From assembly GCA_949358305.1 (NCBI GenBank), contig OX442314.1:22382001-22446000 (forward strand): a DNA stretch of 64,000 nt, read 5' to 3'. Each line of letters opens with the position of its first letter. Positions within the stretch are counted from its first letter, which is position 1. Positions 38,036 through 51,283 of this stretch are shown here, in pieces. The DNA is from Strigamia acuminata (taxonomy: Eukaryota). The notes beneath the pieces were generated by a model. That model ran no database searches. It was given only the letters and a program-made list of their open reading frames with translations, and was not told the origin of the DNA. The translations under genes were made by a program, and so were the position numbers.

Positions 38036-41000
38036 CTTCTAGTGCTGGTTTACAACGGAGAAAAAGCGAATAATGAACGAATAAACACGTGGCAGGGCAG
38101 AGGAAACAATGTAGCAGGACCGAGGAAACAATTTGGAATTGTTTCATTGGCTAAAAATTGATGAAAACATCATTTGAACATAACCGGTCATTATGACCGG
38201 TTTTGGCCTTTCTAGGTAGGCCGAAATTCCGGCCGTTCTAGTGTTAATTACAAAAAGAAGCCTGACGAAAAATTTACAGATTAAATTGTCCCAACGACCA
38301 TAGAACACGACAGCAACCCTTCGTAGACGTCTTCCAAGGGTTGATATAGAAACTCTACGTCAACATCGGAGATTTTAAACCATATTTTTCCAATCTTTTC
38401 CATCCTTTTAAAAATTGTAAACAAAAAAATAATATCCCTTGCCGTTCTACACACAGCATTACATTTTAAAATATTATTTACTTAATTAATAAATTTTATA
38501 ACGAAATGTAAACAATAATTGGTATATTTAGTTGCAGTATACAAATATAAAACTATAATGAAGAAATAGTTTTATTTGTTCCGTTCATTATTAAACTAAT
38601 GCGCAACTGCGATTGTAATAAAACCTAAATAATCATCTTTAGTTTCATAATTACTATTATTAATATTTTAATGAACACGACAAAAGATAGAAGGAAAATT
38701 AATTCGTAGATTATTTCTCACCTTGATTAGCTGAGTCCGGGAGTTCGAAACTTGTTAAATAAGTTCGTAGAAGCATGAAAATTGGTGACGTGACGACTGT
38801 ACTTGTACAGTTAGAGTATATACATTTTCTATGAAGAAAACGTCTGCCCTTTTGCTCTTAATTGAGACGAGGAAATATGATGATTTCATTTGGGAGACAT
38901 TGATAGGAATTTATCTATGGTTCAATTTCCTTTTCTCTATTGCACTTACAAAACACATTATGATAATGAGGAGGAAAAAATTGGATTTTTTTTTTATATA
39001 ATAACATTAAAAATTACATAAAACTTGGTTTCTGACAAACCGGCCTAATTTTCAATACCTTTTGCTCAGATATGTAATATATGCAAAATAAATCTATAAT
39101 AATACGAAATAAAAAAAAAAAAAAAAAAAAAAAATAGGAACATCCAACAAATCAGTTATTTTCCAGTCTGTTGCTTCACAGCAAGCAGCAACTACTGATA
39201 GCACATTTTATTCAAACGTAATTTCACATTGCTCTCAATGAAGCATCTACCATTATGTTCAATTAAAATCAGATTACAATCAAAATGGTTTTTGTTCGTT
39301 GAAAAGTTCAAAACAACGCCAATTTATTTATAAATCCTGTTTAAATCCCTAATGTTATTTTGGTTAAAAAAAAAAAACTTAACCACAACTTGTGGTCTTA
39401 ATATACGGTCATTTTACAATTATAGTTCCTCGGTAGGAGATATTCCTAAATTCAATCATTTTAAAACTCAATGTACGTGGGAGAAAAATGAATATTTTCG
39501 ACGCAATCAATGACGTGTTTGTGGCAAATGTGAGGGCTGAGGGGTACTACAATCATAATTTGCGAGTCTGAGATACGAATCTTTCATGTATTTTTGGGAT
39601 TTCGGATAGATTCGGTTCGGGGAATTCAGAGGAAACGAGTGGGATTTAGAATGGTTTGGATCGGATTCAAAGGATTCAGATGTTCTTTTTAAATAATATA
39701 AGTAAGACTGAGCATATCATTGCTTGAACTTCCAACGATCATCTCGGTTTCGGTGCGGACAATGCTTGCACCGGAATCTCCGGTTCCGTTAAGAGATGAC
39801 GACAAGAAAGTTCAAAACTAAACTGGAATCCGCGAAAAATGTTTCGCGCGCGCTGATAAACAGATGCAATCATTCAAAGGTCTGCTAGAACCCGAACCAC
39901 CGAGTTCAGTTAGAAAAAACAGTTTTAAACCGGTTAAACTTAATTTTTCTTATTAATTCTTCCAAAAAATACACTAAATAAAACCAATTTGTTGTTGAAT
40001 GTTCTATACGATGTCTGTCTGATCACTTCGGCGCCGATCATTTCGTCACCCAGACTCAACAGTCATTTTTTATAAATTTCAAAAAAAAAATTTAAAATAT
40101 TGTTTCGATACCAGTGTTAACATGCAAAGAAAAAATAGCTGTTTTTATTGTATGTATAAAAGAATAATGTAACTACTGCTTGTAATTTGTGGCAATACTA
40201 CGCAGGGACTGACCATCCTATCAGATTGTCAGATTTGAAGACGAAAAATGAGTAAACTCCATTCCTTCATTTTAATACCACATGTGTAAAAAAGTTTTAA
40301 AAAATGGCGCATAATTTGTTCTATTAGCATGTTATGTCGAGGGGGCCTAACGTCCCCCTCTGCACACCTAACTTTATCAGTTTCCTTAAAAGTGAAAACA
40401 ATTCAGGCCTAACTAATTCGAACTAAATTAGCTGGAACTGCCAATTCGGTTTATCTTCAATAAATTGGTCATTATCATTAAGCATTACATTATTAGACAG
40501 AATAAATGCTATCTCTTCAAAAAGTAGCCGGCTCACCTCTCGGCATTGAGATCTGTCGAATGCACTTTTCAAATTCAAAATCTGTCCACCGGAAGAGACA
40601 GAGATCAGACAGACGGACAGAAAAACTCCTGATAATTAATACGGTTTAAAATAAACTCACAGTTTGAATGCCTCTGTCATTAGTAGTAAATCCTGTAGTC
40701 ACCATCTGATTAAACCGTCGAAATTGAATGAGTTTACTTCAATTGGCGACAGCCATCTTCTTCTTACTTTCTTTCTTTAAAAGAACAACAACAAATAATT
40801 AATTTCACCGGTTGGAAAATCTAAATTCACATAAAGGTGAATATGATGTATATTTGGCTTCTAATTGACACAAATTTTCAATACAATGGATCATTTTCTT
40901 ACCAGATCATTCAAATGTAACGATGCGAATAACCAAACGCAAAGAAACTCGTTCGACTGAATCAGGGTTTAGCAACATCTCAACAACAGCAATTTTAGTG

Positions 41001-42920
41001 GAAGATATTTGAGATGAAATCTGCAGTTATACGTAGCAACGAATAAAAAAAGAACACCATGGAAACGCGCTATGTTATCAACTGGAAACTGTTCCACAAC
41101 TTATGGGCAGCAATCTGGCATAATTGCAATTGAATGCACACTCTATCAGACGATAGAATGCGTTTAAAATAAGATTTCATAAAAGTATACATAAAATAGA
41201 TGAAAATATTTTTTACCATCTTATTCAAATGCAGTGACATGACGCAAGTCGCAAGCAAAAGTGAACAAACGAAAATACCAACATCGTAGCAACAGCAAAT
41301 TTATTACGAGATATTTGAGATAAAATCTGCAGATTAACCTAGCAACCTAATTTATAAGTAGAAGAAAGGACTTCCATAATTAGTAATTATAATGGAAACT
41401 ATTCGGTATATTTATTCTGTTTTTCAATTCGTTCAGGTTTCTTTGTAAGAATTAATTGTTTTTATCAATTTCAAATGTAAAACAAGAAAAAAAAATTTCT
41501 AAATCGTAAAAGTTTTAATAACAAGCAATTTCAAATCAGGAAAAATAAATTATAACTTTTCCAATTTATTATTTTATAATAAAAATTTTAAAAACAATAA
41601 TTAAAATCAGAATTTTGTTTTTCGTTTTTTCATTTATTATTTTCTAACAAAAATTTTAAAAGCAATAATTAAAATCAGAATTTTGTTTTCCATTTTTTCA
41701 TTTATTATTTTCTAAAAAAAAATTTAAAAGCAATTTTTTTAAAAATGTGAGAAAATATTTTGTTTTTAATTTTATTATCGATGTGTTTCATAAAAAAAAA
41801 ATTTAAAAAAAAAATTTTTAAAATCAGATATATCTGAATCAAACTGAACTGGAAAACCCCAAAATTTGGGTCATTGAAATCAAGTAAACCCGAGTAAACA
41901 GAATTGGGGTCTTGGGGGACCTATTTCCAATCCTAATTGCTTCCAATACCCACATCCTTTGTTACAAAATTTGCAAACAAGAAAAAATATTTACCCAAAA
42001 CGATTTTAATTAAATTTCTACAAAAGTCGATTTTTATAGATCATAAAATCCAAAAGGGTGCAAATAAAAATAAGCAAAATGAATATATTGCAATTGCAAT
42101 TGTCATTCTTCTCGATGTTAGCATTTTTCCCTCCAAATTAGTACATTATTCGCTACAGATTCATTTAAAAATAGAATTAAAACGTGCAGTTGATGCGTTT
42201 GTACGTACCGTAAATTCCGAGCTAACTAAGCCAGGTCCAGGTCGGTCCATGGATCATCACATTTTGTCCCGGATCGTTTGTTTACATCGCGGAATCGTTT
42301 GTCGTAGTTAATTCAAAATATTAAACGTGCTTGTCTGCTAACAGCATTAAAAAGTTACAAAAATAACAATGTTTGAAATCAAACCATCACAAGACGATAC
42401 ATTATAAACGCTTCTTTAGTTTGGAAAACACACACTAGGTAACACATGGACACCAGTGCGGTGGTGTGGTGGAGTAAAGAAGAAGACTCAGCGCTCTGAC
42501 ATGCGTAGCGCCATGTTGGGGTATATCTGATCTACGATTGGCTGCGATAGAATTTACTTAATAAAATGATTCTTTGTATTTGTAACAATACTCCCGTCTT
42601 TTGTATGTCACATCAAAAATGGCGATTTTCAAACAATTTAGGTTTTTAATTTATGCATGAAGAACATTTTTTCGAAAAAAAAAAAGAATTATAATTGACA
42701 ATATTTTGATCGACGCATTTAAAATTTAAAATTAAACTAAAACAATGGACGAAATTAAAAGAACAAAAATTCATCGGATTAATAACTCGTTGATCAACTA
42801 TAAAATATTTCTAAAATCAATTCGGAAGTGACATCACTACCCACGTTGCCATAATGGCGACATATTTTCAAACCGTGTAACAAGTCGGTCCGCTTTTTAT
42901 TTTCTATTTACATTTCTTCC

Positions 42921-45036
<2,116 letters not shown>

Positions 45037-45848
45037 CGAAAAGAAAGTTTAGGTGCCAGTAAGAGTATTTTGCGGGATCATTTAAAGGGGAATTTAATTA
45101 AATTGAAAAAATTTATTTTGTTCGTTTAAATTGTATTTTTTTTTTCTAATCATGATTATAAAAATAAAACGTCATTTTTGCAGAAGTATATTTTGTGTTT
45201 TATTTAAATTTGCCAAAAAAAACCTCGACATCTCTCCCGCTTTTAAGTCAATTAAATTGAAGGCACCTTTCCAGATTCAATGCGACAAAATTTACAATTT
45301 TGAAACGTATTTCTCGATAACAAACAAACTACTTAACTAGCAAATGTGTCAAATGATTAAAACATCACTTTTATAAACACAAGTGAAGGTTTTGATTCGG
45401 TTTTCTATGGCTGACAATTAAGACTTTTGTGCGAGACTTAAAATTCACTCAGTTATCTGCAATTTTTTCATGTCCAAGGACTTAAATTTTTTTTATTTTT
45501 AAAAAAATTATATATATATATTTATTTTTTTTTATTTTTTATAAATTTTATTTTCTCTTTTGTATCCGGAAAAAAAACCAATTTTGACCGAACCCAAAAA
45601 AAAAGCGTATTAAAAATCTTATTTTTTTTTTCACATTCAACAAGTTATGAATATTTTTACTTTTACTTATATTTTTATGATGATGTGCATTTAAACATTC
45701 ACTTAAGAAACAAATGTAAACAGAAAAAGGAAAGGCGGTAAACAAAACACCCAAATATTTTTTTTTCACTTTTAGTTCATTTTTTAAAATGTTTTTTTTT
45801 TGTTTTTTTTTTGTTATTTTCTTCTTTTCATTACCCAAGAAAACATTG

Positions 45849-47775
45849 TCATTCGGAATCTGAGGAGGTTGTTGAACACGAGTCATCATCCAATTCGATG
45901 ATGCTCGATGTGGTAGCGAAAGGAATCCTTTTCTTTGGACTCCACATGGGGCGCTGAAAGGTACTTTGCTCACGGACCTGTTACAAAAAAAAAAATTATT
46001 ATTAAAGATAAACAAATAAATTAATGAATTAAATAAATGAACCTTTTTGCTTAAACTTTCAAACTCTCTCAACTCGTCTTCGGTAAGAGGCGCATAAACA
46101 TCTTCGTCACCCGACCCTTCTTCCTTCCAACCCATTTCTTTAAGAAGTCGTTGTTCAGCTTCGAGCGAACTCGACAAAATCGGTTTTTCGGGGCTCATTT
46201 CATTCTCGGTAGACTTTCGTTGAACGATGTCTCTTCCATTCTGTTCCTTATCCAACTTTAAAAAAATAATAATAAATAAATAAAAAATAAAATTTTTAGT
46301 AAATATTAATTGCTTTTTTTAAAATTAATTTACTGTTTGCACATCAATATTTTCATCCTTTTCCTCAATCTTATCATTCTTCTGTTCGTTTTCCTTTTCG
46401 TAGCCATTTTTCTCATCGCGCATCTCCTCGTTCCTCAACGTCTTCAAAAAATCACTTTTTTTATTTCCCAGATTTTTCGGATGCGTCACAAAACGAGTGT
46501 TCAATATTTCTAACTGCGGGGTAGGTGAAGATTGCCGTGAAATCTTGTTACTAACGACAACGGCGCTACTTTTCATGTCTTTACTAACTGCTTTTTTGGT
46601 CAATATATTTTGCTACAAAAAAAATTAAAATTAAATTAAATTAAATAGAAATTTTTTTTTAAATGATTTACTTTAGATGGAACCAAAACGCGGTAAACAG
46701 AACTACTTAGTTGGTTCTGCGAATTGGCTTTGCTGATCACAGTACCCAATGAACCGGCTTTCGGGCTCGCCAAACTCCCATTCGAGCCTCCAGTCAAAAT
46801 AGAACCTGAATTTATTATTAAAAACAAGTTTTGAATAAAACAAAATAAATTTTAGAATAACCCTACCATCAACGTCGCATTTCTGTCCCCATTCATTCTG
46901 AATTTTTTTATTCGATGTGTCTAAATAAATCTTTGTGTTTCTTAAATTATCAGCACTCCACACACCGCCATCGACAGTTGATAGTGACATGGTTGATTCG
47001 TTCGTTTCATCACCTCTTAAAGATGGCTAGATCAAAAATTAAAAACATTAAAATATAAAAAAACAGAATAATAATAATAATAATAATAACAGACTTACAA
47101 ATTCCAAATTAAATCTATCAGTTGAGCACTCATTTAGTTCTCTACTACCCGCACTGTCTTTACAATTATTATGAGAGTTGCCATGTCGTTCCGAATTTAT
47201 TTGCCGTTTCCAGCCATTACTCCGGCTTCCATCAACACAAGAATCATACACACTATAGCCCTGTTTAATTCCCAAAGAAATAAAATTAATTAATTAATAA
47301 ATTAAAAAAAATATAAATAAAAATTACTTTATAAACTCCACTATTGGTTTCTTGTCGACTTTGTGGCCTACGATTGAGCGAGGGCTGAGAACCGAACGAA
47401 CGATGTGTTCCAATCTCATCGAAACCACTGTTGTAATACTGTGACTCGTCCGTGTCAATGGAATGATGTCTGTGAGATGGATGATGACGAGAAATCGTCA
47501 CGTCGTGCTGTCTTTCTCTTCGAGTGTACTGTTGATCGCAAGACGACTGTCTCTGGCGCCCAATCAGCGATGAACCTTTTCCAGACACGGGGTCATCTCG
47601 ACGGGATAAACGTTCGCTATGAAAACTCGACTAACAAAAACAAACAAACAAATAAATAAAGAAATAAAAAAAAGAAACAAATAGAACATCAGTTTTCAAA
47701 ACTCACATGTGATTCTCCGGGTATCTTGAGCCAAGCTGGCGCGAAATCATGCTTAGGGAACGAACTATTAGCCAT
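45849..47775 (-). CDS. GPBP1: Vasculin / GC-rich promoter-binding protein 1-like, multi-exon
   Basis: N-terminal exon 47707-47775 MANSSFPKHDFAPAWLKIP. Vasculin-domain motif SSSLEAEQRLLKEMGW...PLTEDELREF. Acidic Ser-rich end DDDSCSTTSSDSE* with stop at 45849-45851. Cannot be assigned to GPBP1 versus GPBP1L1; probably a co-ortholog. Confidence 0.88.
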
Positions 47776-49193
47776 CAGTGGTATAAATCAAGTTTAACCA
47801 TGATAGGCTGAAATATGAAAGTAAACAAAATTAATCAACAAAAATATCTCCAATATTCATCATTATCACCTAGAATATAGCGTAACCTATCCTTGAAATA
47901 GCGCAACTTTGTATATTTTATTTTTATTTGCACTACAATTTTTCACTATTTATTTCTCTTTTTTATTTTTATTTTTTTGTATTTTTTTGTGTTTTGTTAT
48001 CTCAAAATAACTACAGCTTGAATAAACTCTTCATTTGCTACCTCATAATTCTTTCCCAATTAACAATTCGGTAGTTGTACTTAAAAATATAGTTGCCTAG
48101 CAACACAAACACTTTGATTAATTATCACAAGTCTCTAGAACTTAATCTTGAATTACTTACCGGGTTTATATTTACATAATGTGGAGGAAAGTAAAAGAAA
48201 ACAATCACATAACAAACAAAAAATATTTTTCTTTGCTTCACACAACTGTAACTACATAATGGTTGGGAAAATATTCGAAAGCGTGTCTACTTCTTCATTG
48301 CAACGATTTTCCCAAACCTAGAAAATCACAACATTATAGTAACGTATTCGGCTGTTTACTAATTTTTTAATCTTCTTAAACTTACCAACAGTATGATTTA
48401 AAATAAAAAAAAACTTTCGGCAGATAATTTCCAGCAGTTTTTTCTCTCGTAGCTGTCTCAAGTAGGAAAAAAATTGTTTTGACACGACTCAAAATCAACT
48501 TGTGCGACTTAATGTTGTTGATTTACAATTCAGATGAATTAGTAGAATTCAATACGTAAAGTTATTCGAATACATTCAACTTGGAAATGAACCGAAACAA
48601 GAGAAATGTTAACAGTTTCAACGTTTAAGCACGTTAACGAATATGGCGATCGTATCATAGCATTTCTTATCTCGTTTTATCACGAAAATGAACGGGAAGT
48701 GTTTTAAACTAATTTTTTCTAATTTCTTTTTACGCATTAATTATTGTTGAAATTTTAATCGGTCTTAATAATTAAGCAATTCCAGAAATTTTAGTTTTGA
48801 AAAAATAAAATAATTAGCCGCTTAAAAATTATGCCGCGCGGTAGCGCTGGCTAGTTGTTTCGCATCTGCGATAGAGGTTTCGCTTTCCACAGAAATTTCG
48901 AAATCTCTCCAATTAAGATTTATTTTTTTAAGTAAAACATGCAATCTAAATACTAAAAAATCGTTTATTATTTTAGAAAAGTTAAAAAAAAAATAACAAC
49001 AATTATGAAATCAATTTTATTTTAACTCAAATTAACACCACCAGAGATCTTTAGTTTCTAGGGTTCAATGGCCGATTAAGCTTATTCCATTCGGGCGGCG
49101 CTCAATTTGAACGAAATCCACTGAAAACATTCGTAAGCAAACCGTGTCAGTACGAAAATCGCTTCTAACATTACTTTTACGTTAACAGTAACC

Positions 49194-50051
49194 ATGATTT
49201 CGCCTCGAATTATCAAATGGTGTCAAACGACCTACGTTCTACGAAACCACATTCAGAAAACCGTCCACACCTCGCAAACTGTCTCCTGCGAAAAGAAAAA
49301 TAAGCTGGAAGTAGACGAAAAAACCACCAAAGATTCGGACGAGACCTTCAAGGAGAAAGGATTCGGCTTCCCGTCCGACTACTTGACGAAAAGCCGTCGA
49401 GAAATCCCCTCGTTGGCCGACCTAAAAGCAAAAGGCTTAAATGCGCTCAAACCAACTCTGCGAGAACTTCAGTACAAACTAAAGCAAAACTTCCCAAACA
49501 ATTTAGACGACGTGCAAAAACTCTTGCAAGGCTTTACTCCGTTCCTGAGAGCCCACTACGATCGAGGTGTACGGGCCATTCCCGACATGAATGAGATCAA
49601 ATCGACGCCACTTCCGGTCTTTGCGTACGGCGTTGCGGGTTTAATTCCGTTCATCATCCCAACTTGGCGATGCATGGGCGCGGGTTGCATTTTACCCGGT
49701 TGGGAGTTCATGCAGCTTGCTTACGGCGCATGCGTGCTGTCGTTCGTCGGAGGCATTCGTTGGGGTGCCATACTCAAGGATCAACGTCAAATGAAGTTCG
49801 AGACCACCGATTTAGGGCTTGGAATAGTTCCGCCACTTTTGGGGGTGATTGGTTTAAGTTTGCCGCCTTTTATGGGCAATTTAATGTTAATGGGCGGGCT
49901 GACGGTGGCGGCATACATCGATTTGATTACGCCAGGATTTCCCAACTGGTACAAAGTGTTTCGTTTGGGGTTGACGGCCGTTGCCATTTTCTCATTGTTT
50001 TTCATGCTGTTTTTGAAATTGATTCTTCCACGTAAACCAATAGCACGTTGA
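49194..50051 (+). CDS. TMEM69: Transmembrane protein 69 (DUF3429), single coding exon
   Basis: 285-aa ORF with YGVAGLIPF, QLAYGACVLSFVGGIRWG and PNWYKVFRLGLT motifs and about five hydrophobic helices. Confidence 0.85.
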   Translation: MISPRIIKWCQTTYVLRNHIQKTVHTSQTVSCEKKNKLEVDEKTTKDSDETFKEKGFGFPSDYLTKSRREIPSLADLKAKGLNALKPTLRELQYKLKQNFPNNLDDVQKLLQGFTPFLRAHYDRGVRAIPDMNEIKSTPLPVFAYGVAGLIPFIIPTWRCMGAGCILPGWEFMQLAYGACVLSFVGGIRWGAILKDQRQMKFETTDLGLGIVPPLLGVIGLSLPPFMGNLMLMGGLTVAAYIDLITPGFPNWYKVFRLGLTAVAIFSLFFMLFLKLILPRKPIAR

Positions 50052-50110
50052 AATTTAATTTAATTTATTAATTTAAAAAAAAATGTTCTATTTGTATATA
50101 TGTAAAAAAA

Positions 50111-50142
<32 letters not shown>

Positions 50143-50598
50143 CTGTGTATAAATAATTATTTGAAAATTGTTAATTTTTTTATTAATATTTCAGTTAGTT
50201 GCAACAGAAAAATTCTACATGAAATGTGTACAGCAACAAAAGAAATTAACTGTGATAATGTTCCATTGCACATTTAAACTGTACGAATGAAATAAAACAA
50301 AAATAAAAAAAAAGTTTCTTTGATTGTGAATTTTATATACACGTGTTAACTTTAATGACTCTTCAGTTTTGAATTCACGATCGAACCGCGCCAACAATGT
50401 CTTACGCCACCAGAATTCAACACTGCTCAGATCTGTACTAAGATCGGGCACTATTCTAAAATGAAGATTGAATATTTGTATATCGATAGTTATCTTATTA
50501 ATCAACCAATCAATTATGTAATAGTGCAAAATTTAAAAAAATGGCGTCTCACATAGATAACAACAAATAATATCAGCATCCGATCTCTTCCCGAATAC

Positions 50599-50711
50599 TA
50601 GGTTTACCATATGTCCCGGTTTGGGGGTCTCGTCCCGGAATTTTGCATCATTTTTAAAATTTTCATTTACCCCTACCCTGTCCGGGTTTGCTGGGAAATA
50701 TGGTAAGCCTA
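50599..50711. mobile_element. Short hAT (Tip100-like) MITE
   Basis: TIR TAGGTTTACCATAT / ATATGGTAAGCCTA. Degenerate 8-bp flanks CCGAATAC / TCTAATAC. Confidence 0.6.
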
Positions 50712-51283
50712 TCTAATACCAATTATAAAACGAAACGATTTTTTTTTAAAAAAAATGATCAAATTGCATTTTTTTACTGTACAAAAACATGTTACGCCAA
50801 TAAAAGGATATAAATGCTCTTCGCACCCTTTATTGCCTCGTGATAAGTCCTATCCTCCCTTAGAAACTAAATAAACTGAGATTGCGTCTCCTCAGCATCA
50901 ATATACAAATCCATACAAATGGCCCAACAGGATTTCAAGCATTCAACGCGCAATTCGACAATTTGTACTGCTTGCTTCGCATTCAAATTTGTACTTAAAC
51001 ATTTCATTATCTCGTTTTCTACCTCAAAATTGCACTTTCTTTACAAAATATTCAAAATGGCACATCAACAAAACTATAAAAAAGAATTAAAAACATTTAA
51101 AAAAAAAAATGGAAAATGGAAAATAAAAATCAGCTGCACTAACACGTAATCAGCTTTCACTAGCTGCTCATTCGAAGCTGCTGCTTGCTGCTGCCGCTCA
51201 AATTCCAAACAAAAAAAGAAAAATCCTCATTTAGCAGCGACGTTGAGAATCCACAATTGCAAACAAAGTTTCGTAAATCGAGA

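Larger units (their letters stand above)
35274..38243 (+). mobile_element. Full-length piggyBac transposon, 2970 bp
   Basis: TTAA TSD at 35270-35273 and 38244-38247. Perfect 13-bp TIR CACTAGAACGGCC. Subterminal palindromes AACCGGTCATT(T/A)TGACCGGTT near both ends. Confidence 0.97.

Noticed and set aside
38715..40760. Candidate non-coding 5' exons of dome-A (donor-like sites near 38720 and 40660)
   Set aside because: Splice-like motifs alone are insufficient without transcript data.
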